Source of the DNA: Deinococcales bacterium
GTDB taxonomy: Bacteria > Deinococcota > Deinococci > Deinococcales > JAAFIG01
Length of the DNA stretch: 64,000 bases
Assembly (NCBI GenBank): GCA_031414595.1
Contig: JANNVX010000098.1
Coordinates: forward strand, 32,001 to 96,000
Direction of reading: 5' to 3'
The notes under the pieces were generated by a model. It was not told the origin of the DNA and did not search any database. It saw only the letters and a program-made list of their open reading frames with translations. Below, piece by piece: positions 30,704-41,579 of this stretch (the stretch's first letter is position 1; the number at the start of each line of letters is the position of its first letter). Made by a program: the position numbers and the translations under genes.

Positions 30704-31713
30704 TACCGCTCCCAGCCTTTGGGGTGGCTCGAATACCAACTGATTAAACTTTGCACATTCTGCTCGAGGCTACGCTTAGGTGTCCAACCCAGTAGTTTCT
30801 CGGCTTTGCGGTAATCGGCAACCATTCGGTCAGCTTCGCCAGTCCGACGGTTTGGGTCTGGTGCAACAGAAAAGTCCTTACCAGTCACTTGTTTGACCAT
30901 ATTGACAATCTCGAGGACGCTGTTGCCCGTGCCAGTGCCAAGATTAAAAATCTCAGTACGTTTTTCTCGCTGTAAAAATTGAAGCGCTGCTACATGGGCT
31001 TCACCTAAATCCACGACATTCACATAATCCCTTATTGGGCTGCCGTCTGGTGTGTCTACGGTCGCATAATTAAACGTAAAATCACGCAAGCCCATCGCGC
31101 CCAGCACGGCGTTTTGCATCAAATGAAAACTTGGGCGTTTAGAATCGCCTATTTGTCCATCATCGGTTGCACCACAGACATTAAAGTAACGCAATGCCAC
31201 ATACTCGAGAATACCCAGTTTGCTGTACCACGCCAGCATATCTTCACAGATTTTTTTACTTGCGCCGTAGACACTTTCGGGTTGAACGACTGGGTGCGCT
31301 TCGTCAAGCGGCAAATACTGGGCATTGCCATAGACAGTGCAACTGCTCGAGAATACCAATTGGCGCACCTTGGCGTGGTGCATGGCTTCGATGAGGCGTT
31401 GTGTACCAACGATGTTGTTGCTAAAATACTCAACAGGCTGGTGCATACTTTCGCCAACGTTTAAGAGCGCTGCAAAGTGCATGACTGCCGTAATTTGATG
31501 ACGGGTAAAAATCGTATTTAAGTCTGAGGTGGCAAGGTCAGCTTCCTCGAGAATCAAGCGCTTTTCACCATACCGATTTTGCAGCAACTCGAGTGGAGCG
31601 CGGTAGCCGCGCACAAAATTTTCCAAGCAGACCAAATCAAAGCCAGCTCTGAGCAGTAACTCGCTTGCTACCGAACCAATGTACCCACCAGCGCCAGTCA
31701 CTAGAATTTTCAT
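30703..31713 (-). CDS. galE: UDP-glucose 4-epimerase
   Basis: [16 protein letters not shown]...[25 protein letters not shown]. Confidence 0.92.
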   Translation of the reverse strand: MKILVTGAGGYIGSVASELLLRAGFDLVCLENFVRGYRAPLELLQNRYGEKRLILEEADLATSDLNTIFTRHQITAVMHFAALLNVGESMHQPVEYFSNNIVGTQRLIEAMHHAKVRQLVFSSSCTVYGNAQYLPLDEAHPVVQPESVYGASKKICEDMLAWYSKLGILEYVALRYFNVCGATDDGQIGDSKRPSFHLMQNAVLGAMGLRDFTFNYATVDTPDGSPIRDYVNVVDLGEAHVAALQFLQREKRTEIFNLGTGTGNSVLEIVNMVKQVTGKDFSVAPDPNRRTGEADRMVADYRKAEKLLGWTPKRSLEQNVQSLISWYSSHPKGWER

Positions 31714-31717
31714 GGGT

Positions 31718-32227
31718 TTAGCGTACCACTTCAAAAACAAGGTGCGCTAATTCTTTGGCAAAAATACCTTTCCAAGCGGTCTGCACAGCATTTAACGACC
31801 CCGGCATGGCAAAAATCAAGCAACCCCCGCCGTGTGCCAGTCCGCCAGTTGCCCTAGATAACATTGCGGCTGCGCCAACTTCTTGGTACGAGAGCATCCT
31901 AAATAATTCACCAAAGCCCGGCATAGGTTTCTCGAGTAAACCTTCGATAATTGGAATGGTGTTATCACGCTTGGTGATTCCAGTGCCGCCAGTAGTGAAA
32001 ATAATTTGGGCTTCTTTAGCGCTTAACCAAGTCCCCAGTTGGTTTTGAATCGCTTCTGGGTCGTCTTTGACCAGCCCTCGAGCCACCACCAAATGCCCAG
32101 ACTCGAGTAGAGCATCTACTAAAAACTGCCCGCTTGAGTCGGTCTCGAGTGTGCGGGTATCAGAGATGGTCAGAATGGCGGCACGGATTTGTTTCTGGGC
32201 AGCTTCTCGGTGTGATTCAGATGACAT
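31718..32227 (-). CDS. moaB: Molybdenum cofactor biosynthesis protein MoaB/Mog
   Basis: TISDTRT..TDSSG, TTGGTG, PGFGELFR, AMLSRA, MPGS. Confidence 0.9.
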   Translation of the reverse strand: MSSESHREAAQKQIRAAILTISDTRTLETDSSGQFLVDALLESGHLVVARGLVKDDPEAIQNQLGTWLSAKEAQIIFTTGGTGITKRDNTIPIIEGLLEKPMPGFGELFRMLSYQEVGAAAMLSRATGGLAHGGGCLIFAMPGSLNAVQTAWKGIFAKELAHLVFEVVR

Positions 32228-32252
32228 AAACCACAGGTTAAGAGTCTGGCAC

Positions 32253-32792
32253 TTAAAACACAAGTCTGATGTTCAATTCGCTTGCCAATAAGCCGTACAA
32301 AACATCATCCACCCAAGCGCCCTTAAACCAAAAATTCTCGAGTAGATGTCCTTCTTTTCTAAATCCCAATTTCTCGAGTAAACGCATTGAACTGGTGTTG
32401 CGTGGGTCGGTGGTCGCATGGACTCGGTGCAGTTTTAAGGTTGTAAAGGCAAACTCGAGCAGGGCGGTAGCGGCTTCGGTGGCGTAACCTTTTCCTTGAA
32501 AAGCAGGGTCAAAACTAAAACCGATTTCAGCTTGGCGGTCCTCGAGCTTAAAAGCCAAATCTCCGATTAACTGGTTCTCGAGCGTCACGGCGATTTGATA
32601 CCAATGGTCTTGGGTCGGCTGCTCGAGGTGCTGCATTTGGGCAATCAGGGTTTGTGCTGCCTCTAAAGTGTAGCTTTCCCATGTTTGCAATCGTGCCACA
32701 TCGGGGTGATTGCGGTAGGCTGCAAAACGGGCTGCATCGGCGGGTTCAAATGCTCGTAAAGTCAAACGGGCGGTTTGTATTGCTTCAAACAT
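32253..32792 (-). CDS. GNAT acetyltransferase, RimJ/RimL family
   Basis: IQTARLTLR, EIGF, QGKGYATEA, N.SSMRLLEKLGFRKEG. Confidence 0.88.
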   Translation of the reverse strand: MFEAIQTARLTLRAFEPADAARFAAYRNHPDVARLQTWESYTLEAAQTLIAQMQHLEQPTQDHWYQIAVTLENQLIGDLAFKLEDRQAEIGFSFDPAFQGKGYATEAATALLEFAFTTLKLHRVHATTDPRNTSSMRLLEKLGFRKEGHLLENFWFKGAWVDDVLYGLLASELNIRLVF

Positions 32793-33032
32793 AAATAACC
32801 TTAAAACGCTCGCAAACAAGCGGCATCTCGAGTGTGGGTTGCAGACCAAGTGGCTCGAGAAATGCTTGCCAGTAGACTTCTATCTGTGGCTCGGACATGA
32901 TTGCAAAGATAACCTAAGAAATTCTAAATCCAAATACGCACATTGACTTAGGGCTTAAAATTGGTGGATCATGCTTTGGTTAAGCCAGTTCTAAATTGTC
33001 TCGAGGCTGAGTTTTCCTGATATGCTCGCATC

Positions 33033-34172
33033 ATGACTGTGATTCTCGCACCGCGTGGCAAAGCCCGTTATGAAACTGGACACCCTTGGGTTTATAAGTC
33101 CGACATTGCTAAAATGCCCGATAAACCCGGTTTAGAAGACATCCAAGACATTCGTGGCAACCATCTTGGCTGGGCAGCCGTCAATCCAGCGTCTGAAATC
33201 ACGGTGCGTTTTTTATCAAAGGGTTCGGTGCGCCCCAACATCTTGCAGCGCTTGGAACGTGCCATTGAATTTAGGCGCTTTCTGCACGTCAATGGCGATT
33301 CGTTTAGGATTGTCCATTCGGATGCCGATGGACTGCCCGGTTTAACCATAGATAAGTACAACGATTACCTTGTCATTCAGCAAAATTGTGCTGCCCTCGA
33401 GCCGTACTTGCAAGATATGTTGCGGGTTCTAAAACGCGAATATAAACTCAAGGGTATTCTGGGGCGCTTTGACTCGAAAATCCGGACGCTCGAGGGCTTA
33501 GAAATGAAAGTTGAAGCCTTATTCGGCGATGTCCCAGAGTGGATTACCTGCCGTGAAGGAGAAATTAGTTACCGTGTTGACCCGTGGAAAGGGCAGAAAA
33601 CAGGGGCGTTTTTAGACCAGCGTGATAACCGCATTGCCCTTGCTGAAGTCGGTTTTGGTAAGGCACTGGATATTTTCTCCTACCATGCCTCATTTGGGCT
33701 GCATTTAGCTAAGGTCTGTGATTCGGTCGAGTGTATTGACTCGAGTGCCGCCGCCTTAGAACGCGCCGAGGACAACGCCCGTTTGAATGGCATCAGCAAC
33801 ATGATTTTTACCGAAGGCAATGCCTTTGATTGGCTGCACCAAACCGATACTGCTAATCGGTATCACACGATTTCTTTAGACCCACCCGCCCTTGCTAAAG
33901 CCCGCAAAGATTTGGACGGGGCGTATCGGGCGTACAAAGAACTCAATCTTCGGGCGCTTAAATTACTCGAGCCGGGTGGTTTTTTGGGGACTGCCAGTTG
34001 CAGCTTTCATGTCTCCGAAGCCGATTTTTACATCATGCTCGAGGATGCGGCTGCCGATGCTGGGCGGATGGTGCGGATTCTCGAGCGCCGTTCTCAGGCA
34101 GCTTGTCACCCCGAAGTGCTGAATTTTCCCGAGAGTCGGTACTTAAAATATGCACTTTTACAGGTGATGTAG
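33033..34172 (+). CDS. Class I SAM-dependent rRNA m5C methyltransferase (RlmI family)
   Basis: GHPWVY PUA, SDADGLPGLTID, GQKTGAFLDQRDNR, LDPP, SCS. Confidence 0.88.
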   Translation: MTVILAPRGKARYETGHPWVYKSDIAKMPDKPGLEDIQDIRGNHLGWAAVNPASEITVRFLSKGSVRPNILQRLERAIEFRRFLHVNGDSFRIVHSDADGLPGLTIDKYNDYLVIQQNCAALEPYLQDMLRVLKREYKLKGILGRFDSKIRTLEGLEMKVEALFGDVPEWITCREGEISYRVDPWKGQKTGAFLDQRDNRIALAEVGFGKALDIFSYHASFGLHLAKVCDSVECIDSSAAALERAEDNARLNGISNMIFTEGNAFDWLHQTDTANRYHTISLDPPALAKARKDLDGAYRAYKELNLRALKLLEPGGFLGTASCSFHVSEADFYIMLEDAAADAGRMVRILERRSQAACHPEVLNFPESRYLKYALLQVM

Positions 34173-34257
34173 GTCTGTTTGTAGGTTGTTAGGTTGTACT
34201 GAGTCCTAAGCTAAAAAAACCAAGACACCAGACTTTCTTAGTGTTAGACTTATAGCT

Positions 34258-34908
34258 ATGCAGGATAAGACCAGCACCGCTTGGGAGTCAGTCGGTTTTG
34301 ACTTGTCTGGTGTCTTGGATTCGGCATCAGCCGGTTTGGTCTTGCGGATGTTGGCGCAGCGTGACCCTGATACATATGCTCATTCTGAACGGGTTTCGCG
34401 TTTGGTGGTGCGAATTGGTGAAGAACTGCATTTAACCCCCGATGAACTCGAGACACTGCGGCTTGGGGCGCTTCTGCACGACATTGGTAAAATTTCGGTC
34501 AATCTTGGGATTTTGAATAAACCCTCTAAACTCGAGTCGCACGAATATGTTTTGGTGCAGAATCATACGGTGCTTGGCTTTGAGTTCTTACAAAATGTTC
34601 CGGGTCTCGAGCGCTTTGCCTTAATTGCCCGTTCGCACCATGAGCGCTATGATGGCAAAGGCTATCCAGACCTTTTGGTTGGTGAGGATATTCCGTTTTT
34701 GGCGCGGATTGTGGCTGTGGCAGATTCTTTGGATGTCATGCTCAACGGTCGGGTCTATCAAAAACGGCGTACTCCAAGAGATATTATTTTGGAAGTCTCT
34801 AAAAATGTGCGAACCCATTTTGACCCGCAAGTGGTCAATGCTTTAATGAATGTTTGGCAATCTGGGGCGTTACCGCTCGAGGAAGCCGAATCTCAGCTGA
34901 CCGAATAA
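34258..34908 (+). CDS. Stand-alone HD-GYP domain phosphodiesterase
   Basis: HSERV, LLHDIGK, HHERYDGKGYP, ARIVAVAD. Confidence 0.9.
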   Translation: MQDKTSTAWESVGFDLSGVLDSASAGLVLRMLAQRDPDTYAHSERVSRLVVRIGEELHLTPDELETLRLGALLHDIGKISVNLGILNKPSKLESHEYVLVQNHTVLGFEFLQNVPGLERFALIARSHHERYDGKGYPDLLVGEDIPFLARIVAVADSLDVMLNGRVYQKRRTPRDIILEVSKNVRTHFDPQVVNALMNVWQSGALPLEEAESQLTE

Positions 34909-34967
34909 AACAAGTGTTTGTTTGTGGCTATCACTTTGCAATCGGGGCTTTTCTTAGTCTCAAGCAT

Positions 34968-35019
34968 TTGTTAAACTGTCGCTGTTCTTGTATAATTTGC
35001 TTCGTGAAAGATAGCACGA
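34968..35019 (+). promoter_or_regulatory. Putative nuo promoter (TTGTTA-17-TATAAT) with a Rex-like operator
   Basis: -35 at 34968, -10 at 34991; TCGTGAA-agat-AGCACGA at 35002-35019 resembles the Rex site TTGTGAAnnnnTTCACAA. Confidence 0.55.
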
Positions 35020-35044
35020 GCAATCAACCTTGGAGGAAACCATT

Positions 35045-35398
35045 GTGAACCAATACCTAAATGTCTTTATCATGTTCCTTGTCGCGGCAGGCATCGGTGT
35101 GCTTGCCCTGATTGTTGGGGCAGTCCTCGGACCTAAAAAACCTTCTCGAGCCAAAAACATGAGTTATGAAAGTGGTAATGATCCCATCGGTAGCGCTCGA
35201 GAACGCTTCCCAGTCCATTTTTACTTAGTAGCGATGCTCTTTATTATTTTTGACATCGAAACCGCATTCTTTTACCCCTTGGCAGTTGCCTACAATAAAC
35301 TCGGGCTATTTGCCTTTTATGAAGCCCTAGCCTTTGTTTTCTTGGTCGGTATTGGGTACTTTTATATCCTTAAAAAAGGCATTCTGGACTGGAAATAA
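35045..35398 (+). CDS. nuoA: NADH-quinone oxidoreductase subunit A
   Basis: RBS GGAGG, GTG start; [24 protein letters not shown]. Confidence 0.95.
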   Translation: MNQYLNVFIMFLVAAGIGVLALIVGAVLGPKKPSRAKNMSYESGNDPIGSARERFPVHFYLVAMLFIIFDIETAFFYPLAVAYNKLGLFAFYEALAFVFLVGIGYFYILKKGILDWK

Positions 35399-35453
35399 AT
35401 CAGCTTTGAGTTATCAGCTTTGGGCTTTGAGGCAACAAAACTTAGGAGTAACA

Positions 35454-35993
35454 ATGTCAACCCTAAAAGACTTATTTGAAAAAGATGTCCAAGAACTCGA
35501 GAACGAGGGAATAGTTTTTGCGACCCTCGAGAAACTGGTGGCTTGGGGACGCAGCAATTCTATGTGGCCCATGACCTTTGGGCTTGCTTGCTGCGCCATT
35601 GAAATGATGGCATCCACCGATGCCCGCAACGACCTTGCACGGTTTGGCTCGGAAGTATTTCGGGCTTCGCCGCGTCAGTCTGATGTTTTAATTGTGGCTG
35701 GGCGTTTAAGTAAAAAAATGGCACCCGTGATGCGCCGAGTGTATGACCAAATGCCCGACCCTAAATGGGTGATTTCAATGGGCGCATGTGCCTCGAGCGG
35801 CGGCATGTTCAACAATTACGCGATTGTCCAGAACGTAGATAGTGTTGTTCCCGTGGATATTTTTGTCCCCGGCTGTCCGCCCCGCCCCGAAGGACTGATT
35901 TACGCCGTGATGCAACTGCAAAAGAAAGTACGCGGCGAAGCCATGGATGATTTTGGTACGCCCCTACCAATGGTGGAAGCATGGACAAGATAA
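35454..35993 (+). CDS. nuoB: NADH-quinone oxidoreductase subunit B
   Basis: [24 protein letters not shown]; Thermus Nqo6-like N-terminus [13 protein letters not shown]. Confidence 0.97.
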   Translation: MSTLKDLFEKDVQELENEGIVFATLEKLVAWGRSNSMWPMTFGLACCAIEMMASTDARNDLARFGSEVFRASPRQSDVLIVAGRLSKKMAPVMRRVYDQMPDPKWVISMGACASSGGMFNNYAIVQNVDSVVPVDIFVPGCPPRPEGLIYAVMQLQKKVRGEAMDDFGTPLPMVEAWTR

Positions 35994-35999
35994 ATAACC

Positions 36000-36063
36000 G
36001 TAGGGGCGAGGTTGTCTTGACCCTAAACATGCACCTAGCGGGCAGGGTCGCACGCCTCGCCCT
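36000..36063 (+). repeat. GTAG-family REP palindrome with nested insert
   Basis: GTAGGGGCGAGG...CCTCGCCCT between nuoB and nuoC. Confidence 0.85.
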
Positions 36064-36078
36064 CTTTGGAGGACACCC

Positions 36079-36684
36079 ATGAGTTCATTAGTTACCGCCC
36101 TCGAGAAAGCTGGCTTGCGCGAATACCCAATTCTCGAGGGGAAAATCAAAACGGTTGTCGCAGCACTGGACACCTTCAAAGCCTTTTTATTTGAATGTAA
36201 AGCTGTCGGTTTTAGTCTCTGTGCCGATCTCATGGGCGTGGATTACCTCGAGTACACCGAATTTATGCCCGAGCGCTTTGCTGTTATTTATAACTTGTTA
36301 AATGCTAAAAATGGTGAACGGATTCTGGTTAAAGTTTATGTCCCAGATGCTATAAAAATCCCAACCGTGACCGATATTTGGCGCACTGCCGAGTACCATG
36401 AACGCGAAGTGTATGACTTACTGGGGATTGAATTCTCCGACCATCCAGATATGCGTAAAATCCTCACCCCAGAAGATTTAGACGGGCATCCGCTTCGTAA
36501 GGATTTCCCGCTTGGCGAAACGCCAACGCTTTTTCGTGAAGGGCGCTTCTTAGACCCTTCGGCTTTTCGGGCTGGCTTAAGTGGTAAGGATACTGGTTTA
36601 TCGGGTTGGCGCGGTGGGTCACGCATAGACTCGAGCCTGATTCCGAAGTTGCCAACCGCAATTCCAGTATCAAAGGAGAAATGA
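36079..36684 (+). CDS. nuoC: NADH-quinone oxidoreductase subunit C
   Basis: EREVYDLLGIEF..HPDMRKIL, GHPLRKDFPL. Confidence 0.95.
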   Translation: MSSLVTALEKAGLREYPILEGKIKTVVAALDTFKAFLFECKAVGFSLCADLMGVDYLEYTEFMPERFAVIYNLLNAKNGERILVKVYVPDAIKIPTVTDIWRTAEYHEREVYDLLGIEFSDHPDMRKILTPEDLDGHPLRKDFPLGETPTLFREGRFLDPSAFRAGLSGKDTGLSGWRGGSRIDSSLIPKLPTAIPVSKEK

Positions 36685-36687
36685 GTT

Positions 36688-37959
36688 ATGGCAAAAGTCA
36701 AAGAAAAACCAGTCATGCCAAAGCTCGAGACTCGAGCCGAAGTGATTATTCCCCAAGAACGCTCAGAATTAACGGGTGGGTCTGGTTTGCTGCACACCGA
36801 AATCATGCGCCTCAACGTTGGACCGCAACATCCAAGCACCCACGGTGTACTGAGAGTGGTAGTGGACATGGAGGGCGAATACGTCAAGCGGGTCGAACCG
36901 CACATTGGCTATTTGCATACTGGCTTTGAAAAAACCATGGAGAACCGCACCTACGCCCAAAACTTTACTTTTGCACCACGTATGGATTACTTGCACGGCT
37001 TTGGGTATGAGTTAGCCTACGCGCTGCCAGTTGAGCAACTTGTGGGCGCAGAAGTCCCAGACCGCGCTCGAGAAATCCGTGTGCTGCTGGTTGAACTCAA
37101 CCGCATCTCGAGCCACTTGGTTTTTTTAGGCACGGGCTTACTAGATTTAGGCGCTTTAACCCCATTTTTTTATACATTTGTCGAACGCGAAGCGATTTTA
37201 GATATTTTTGAAGCGATTGGCGGACAGCGCTTGCACCAAGGCTACTTTCGGGTTGGCGGCGTTGCCAAAGATACCCCAGACGGCTTTGAGGGCATGGTCA
37301 AAAAATTCCTTGATACGTTTGATGCCAAAGTAGACGAATACGAAAAACTCTTCAAAACTAATCCGATTTTTCTCGAGCGTACTCAGAACACTGGTATCAT
37401 GTCCGAAGCTGTGGCGCTGGATTTAGGCATCACTGGACCAAATCTTCGGGCTTCGGGTGTGGCGCTTGACCACCGCAAAACCACGCCGTATTCGGGTTAC
37501 GAACAATACGACTTTGATGTTCCACTTGGTACACATGGCGATAGCTTTGACCGCTTTGTGGTGCGTGTCCAAGAAATGCGTGAATCGGCAAAAATTTGTC
37601 GCCAAGCACTCTCGAGATTAAAGCCCGGCGCAATCCAAGACCCAAATCGCAAAATCAGCTTGCCGCCCCGCGAAGAACTCGAGACCAGTATGGAAGCTGT
37701 GATTCACCACTTTAAGCTGGTGACAGAAGGTTATCATCCGCCTAAAGGCGAGGCGTATGTGCCAACTGAATCGGCTCGAGGTGAACTGGGGTGTTATATC
37801 GTTTCTGACGGCGGCAGTATGCCCTACCGCATTCATTTCCGCGCCCCAAGCTTTGTCAATTTGCAAGCCTTGCCCGTAATTGGCATTGGTGGATTATTCG
37901 CCGACCTGATTACTGTAATCGCCAGCCTTGACCCCGTGATGGGCGACGTAGACAGGTGA
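36688..37959 (+). CDS. nuoD: NADH-quinone oxidoreductase subunit D
   Basis: [36 protein letters not shown]. Confidence 0.97.
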   Translation: MAKVKEKPVMPKLETRAEVIIPQERSELTGGSGLLHTEIMRLNVGPQHPSTHGVLRVVVDMEGEYVKRVEPHIGYLHTGFEKTMENRTYAQNFTFAPRMDYLHGFGYELAYALPVEQLVGAEVPDRAREIRVLLVELNRISSHLVFLGTGLLDLGALTPFFYTFVEREAILDIFEAIGGQRLHQGYFRVGGVAKDTPDGFEGMVKKFLDTFDAKVDEYEKLFKTNPIFLERTQNTGIMSEAVALDLGITGPNLRASGVALDHRKTTPYSGYEQYDFDVPLGTHGDSFDRFVVRVQEMRESAKICRQALSRLKPGAIQDPNRKISLPPREELETSMEAVIHHFKLVTEGYHPPKGEAYVPTESARGELGCYIVSDGGSMPYRIHFRAPSFVNLQALPVIGIGGLFADLITVIASLDPVMGDVDR

Positions 37960-37963
37960 GAAT

Positions 37964-38686
37964 ATGAGTCAAACTGCCGAACAAGAATACATGGAACGAC
38001 TGACCCAAGCAGTCAACAACAGTGTGGATTTTAATCAAGAATTTAAGTCTGACTTACACCAATTCAAACTCGAGCAGTTTTACGAAATGTTTGCTCAAGA
38101 AATTCTGTTTTACAAACCTATTGAACTCTTAAACGGTCAAGTCTGGGGCGAAGGAATTCTCGTTACTTACGACGCTGACGACATGAAAAAACTGCATCAC
38201 TCGAGAATACTGATACCAGACCAGCCTGTCGAACTGATTAACGGACATTTTTTCAAAACACCAATATCCACACAAGCCCAAACCAATGCAGCCATTGATT
38301 TAAGCACCGAAATGCTTAGAGGATTAGGTGACAATGCTATTTCTCGAGGCGGTTATGACATCGAACTTGGTGCAAAATTTGTGGTTTCCCCAGAAATTGC
38401 CATTCTACAAGCCCCTCGGGAACGATACAATCATCGCAACGCCACTCTCGGCGACGTGTACTTATTGGTCGAAGTTCTAGCCGAAAAACCTAAGTATTGG
38501 GATTACAAACTTTCAGCCTATGCTCGAGCTTGCGTACCAGAACTCTGGGTGCTGAATACAAGCACCCAACAACTTGAGATTTATGCAGACTCAGACGGTG
38601 TGGAATTCTTGCATCAAGTCAAGCTCGAAAAAGGACAACCAGCCACACCACTCGAGTTTCCAGATGTGCAAATCAGGTGGTGGTGA
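37964..38686 (+). CDS. Uma2 family endonuclease-like protein (N-terminally extended, degenerate)
   Basis: Two ELLNG/ELING segments, LLVEV, KLSAYARACVPELWVLN. Confidence 0.75.
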   Translation: MSQTAEQEYMERLTQAVNNSVDFNQEFKSDLHQFKLEQFYEMFAQEILFYKPIELLNGQVWGEGILVTYDADDMKKLHHSRILIPDQPVELINGHFFKTPISTQAQTNAAIDLSTEMLRGLGDNAISRGGYDIELGAKFVVSPEIAILQAPRERYNHRNATLGDVYLLVEVLAEKPKYWDYKLSAYARACVPELWVLNTSTQQLEIYADSDGVEFLHQVKLEKGQPATPLEFPDVQIRWW

Positions 38687-39252
38687 TGACCCAAATTTTA
38701 GAACGCCCACAAGACGCTAATTACCCACATCGGTTTAGTGTTCTCGAGTTTGAACGCTTGTTTGAAGCAGGGGTTTTTGGTGAAGAAATTCAAGTTGAAT
38801 TGCTAGACGGAGAAATTTTTGTTATGCCAGAAATGGGAGATGACCACGCCGACAGTCTGACACGACTGACCAAACAACTGATTCGTAAACTCGGTGATTA
38901 CGTCGAGCTTGCCCCACAAATTCCGTTGGATTTACCCGAAGGTGAAACCCGTCCACTGCCCGATTTTATTGTGATTGACATTAAAAAATATGGTCGGCGT
39001 AAACCGATTCCTAGCGATGTGTTCTTCTTAATCGAAATTTCGGATACTACACTGCATAAAGACCGCAACCGCAAAGCCCAAATTTATGCCCGAAACGGGA
39101 TTCTCGAGTATTGGATTGTGAACTTAAAAAACAAGCAACTCGAGGTCTATCGCAACCCAGAAAATGGTGTTTACCCAAAACCACAAATTTTGCAAATCGG
39201 TCAAGCAATTGCGCCCTTGGCATTCCCAGATGTTTTAATTGAGTGGTGGTGA
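38686..39252 (+). CDS. Uma2 family endonuclease
   Basis: VELLDGEI, PLPDF, LIEISDTT, DRNRKAQIYARNGILEYWIVN. Confidence 0.9.
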   Translation: MTQILERPQDANYPHRFSVLEFERLFEAGVFGEEIQVELLDGEIFVMPEMGDDHADSLTRLTKQLIRKLGDYVELAPQIPLDLPEGETRPLPDFIVIDIKKYGRRKPIPSDVFFLIEISDTTLHKDRNRKAQIYARNGILEYWIVNLKNKQLEVYRNPENGVYPKPQILQIGQAIAPLAFPDVLIEWW

Positions 39253-39262
39253 AAGGAGATTT

Positions 39263-39502
39263 ATGAGTGACGACGAAAAGAAATTACTTCATGCGATTCA
39301 AGATTTACACTTTGCTGTCAGGGATTTAAGTCAGGGATTTGCTCCCGCCAGACCTCGAGACGAAAGTGATTTACGTTACCAATCAAATGAATCTTTTGGT
39401 TCTGGGTTTAATTTACTACATAAAGCATTTGAAGTGATAATAAAAAATCAGGAAAAACAAATCGAATTACTCGAGACTATTGCTCGAAATAGTCGTAGAT
39501 AG
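39263..39502 (+). CDS. Hypothetical protein
   Basis: RBS AAGGAG and ATG; 79 aa, coiled-coil-like C-terminus. Confidence 0.55.
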   Translation: MSDDEKKLLHAIQDLHFAVRDLSQGFAPARPRDESDLRYQSNESFGSGFNLLHKAFEVIIKNQEKQIELLETIARNSRR

Positions 39503-39518
39503 TTTTGGAGGTTCAACC

Positions 39519-40100
39519 GTGAGTTTCTTTACCAATCAACAAGCCCTTGTTCAAGACATTCTCTCGAGATACCCAAAAGGACGCGAACGCAGCGCGGTGA
39601 TGCCGCTCCTGCGCGAAGTCCAGAATGCCGAAGGCTATGTCTCGGATGCGGCTTGTGCTGAAATCGCGCAAATCATCGAAAGTACCGCCACCGAAGTCAA
39701 ATCAGTCATGAGCTTCTACAGCACCTACTCGAGCAGCCCGACAGGAAAGTATCACCTTCAAGTCTGCATGACCTTATCCTGTGCGTTGCAAGGTTCTGAC
39801 CAAATGTGGGATTACTTGTGCGAAACCCTTGATATTGGCGTGGGCGATGTTACCCCAGATGGCTTATTCAGCGTCCAGAAAGTCGAATGTCTAGGCTCAT
39901 GTGGCACTGCGCCCCTGATGCAAGTTTCGGATAGCGGTTATTACGAATGCCTGACCAAAAAACGCTTGGATGCCCTGCTTGCTGATTTCAAGGCTCGAGG
40001 CGATGGCAGTATGCCCGAATCGGATACCCAAGCCCCAGTCTTTATTCAAAGAAATGGTGATGTGGTGAGCCAAATCACTGCCGAAGGAGCAAGTTTATGA
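39519..40100 (+). CDS. nuoE: NADH-quinone oxidoreductase subunit E
   Basis: RBS GGAGG, GTG start; VCMTLSC and ECLGSC [2Fe-2S] N1a ligands. Confidence 0.95.
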   Translation: MSFFTNQQALVQDILSRYPKGRERSAVMPLLREVQNAEGYVSDAACAEIAQIIESTATEVKSVMSFYSTYSSSPTGKYHLQVCMTLSCALQGSDQMWDYLCETLDIGVGDVTPDGLFSVQKVECLGSCGTAPLMQVSDSGYYECLTKKRLDALLADFKARGDGSMPESDTQAPVFIQRNGDVVSQITAEGASL

Positions 40101-41455
40101 CTTTAGTTGCTGAAGCACCTGTAGCTGAAAAACCAAAAAGCATTACCAGTGGACTCGACCCGCGTTTCAAACCACGATTGTACGAACACGTTGGGCAAAA
40201 TAATTCGTGGACGCTCGAGTACGCCCTGCGTCATGGCGCTTACGAAGGTGCAAAACGTGCCTTGGCTGGAACACCAGAATCAGTCCAAGATGAAGTCAAA
40301 AAATCAGGTTTGCGCGGACGTGGCGGCGCTGGTTTCCCGACGGGCTTAAAGTGGTCATTTATGCCCAAAGAAGATGGCAAACCCCATTATTTGGTCTGCA
40401 ACGCCGATGAATCCGAACCCGGCACGTATAAAGACCGTTACTTGATGGAAGCCGACCCACACCAGTTACTTGAGGGAATGCTTGTGGGAATGCACGCCAT
40501 CCGCGCCAATGTTGGTTACATTTATATTCGCGGCGAGTACATTCTTGGCGCAAATCGCTTAAACGCTGCGATAGCCGAGGCTCGAGCCGCAGGGATTTTT
40601 GGCGAAAATGCGCTTGGTTTTGGTAAAAGTATGGAAGTTTTTGTACATCGCGGGGCTGGGGCATACATTTGCGGTGAAGAAACCGCGTTGATGAATTCAC
40701 TCGAGGGGCTACGAGCCAATCCGCGCCTGAAGCCACCGTTTCCTGCTCAAGCTGGAATTTTTGGAATGCCAAGCACTGTTAATAATGTGGTCAGTATCGC
40801 TTCGGCTGCCCTAATATTGCGCCACGGTGCGGACTGGTTCTCGAGCATGGGGACAGAAAAAAGCAAAGGGAATTTCTTGTTTCATATTTCCGGACCCGTT
40901 AAGCGTCCGGGCGTGTACGAATTGCCACTTGGCACAACTTACCGCGAGATTATTTACACTTGGGGCGGTGGACCAACGGAAAGCATCAAAGCCTTTAACC
41001 CCGGTGGCTCGAGTACCCCGATGCTTCCATTCACTGATGAGATTCTGGACATGCCAGCCGATTACGAAAATTGCGCTGCCAAAGGAACTTTTCTTGGTAC
41101 GGGCGGAATTATCTTGATTCCCCAAAATTGCGATATTGTCAATATGATGTACAACTATGTTCGTTTTTATGGTCACGAATCTTGTGGCAAATGCACCCCA
41201 TGCCGTGAAGGAATTGGTACTTGGATGAATCGTATCTTCCAAAAACTGATTTCTGGTAAAGGCGACCCGAACGATGTAAAAATTCTCGAGGATTTATTTG
41301 GCAACATCAAAGGCAAATCGTTTTGTTTGCTTGCCGATTCGTGCATTATGCCAGTGCAGAGTGCCATGAAACTTTTCCGTGATGAATTTGAATATATTGC
41401 TCAGCATGGTAAACCGATATATACAGGTTACGGCAATCGCTGGAAAGACGAATAG
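40097..41455 (+). CDS. nuoF: NADH-quinone oxidoreductase subunit F
   Basis: [49 protein letters not shown]. Confidence 0.97.
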   Translation: MTLVAEAPVAEKPKSITSGLDPRFKPRLYEHVGQNNSWTLEYALRHGAYEGAKRALAGTPESVQDEVKKSGLRGRGGAGFPTGLKWSFMPKEDGKPHYLVCNADESEPGTYKDRYLMEADPHQLLEGMLVGMHAIRANVGYIYIRGEYILGANRLNAAIAEARAAGIFGENALGFGKSMEVFVHRGAGAYICGEETALMNSLEGLRANPRLKPPFPAQAGIFGMPSTVNNVVSIASAALILRHGADWFSSMGTEKSKGNFLFHISGPVKRPGVYELPLGTTYREIIYTWGGGPTESIKAFNPGGSSTPMLPFTDEILDMPADYENCAAKGTFLGTGGIILIPQNCDIVNMMYNYVRFYGHESCGKCTPCREGIGTWMNRIFQKLISGKGDPNDVKILEDLFGNIKGKSFCLLADSCIMPVQSAMKLFRDEFEYIAQHGKPIYTGYGNRWKDE

Positions 41456-41579
41456 ATTCTCGAGAAGGAGGTGAACCCGTGATGCAAGATTATTTATTTC
41501 AAAAGCTGCCACGCTCGAGCTTTGGGCGGCATTGCGGGTTTAGCTCCAAGTATTCTCGAATTGAATTGAAGTGGCGGAT

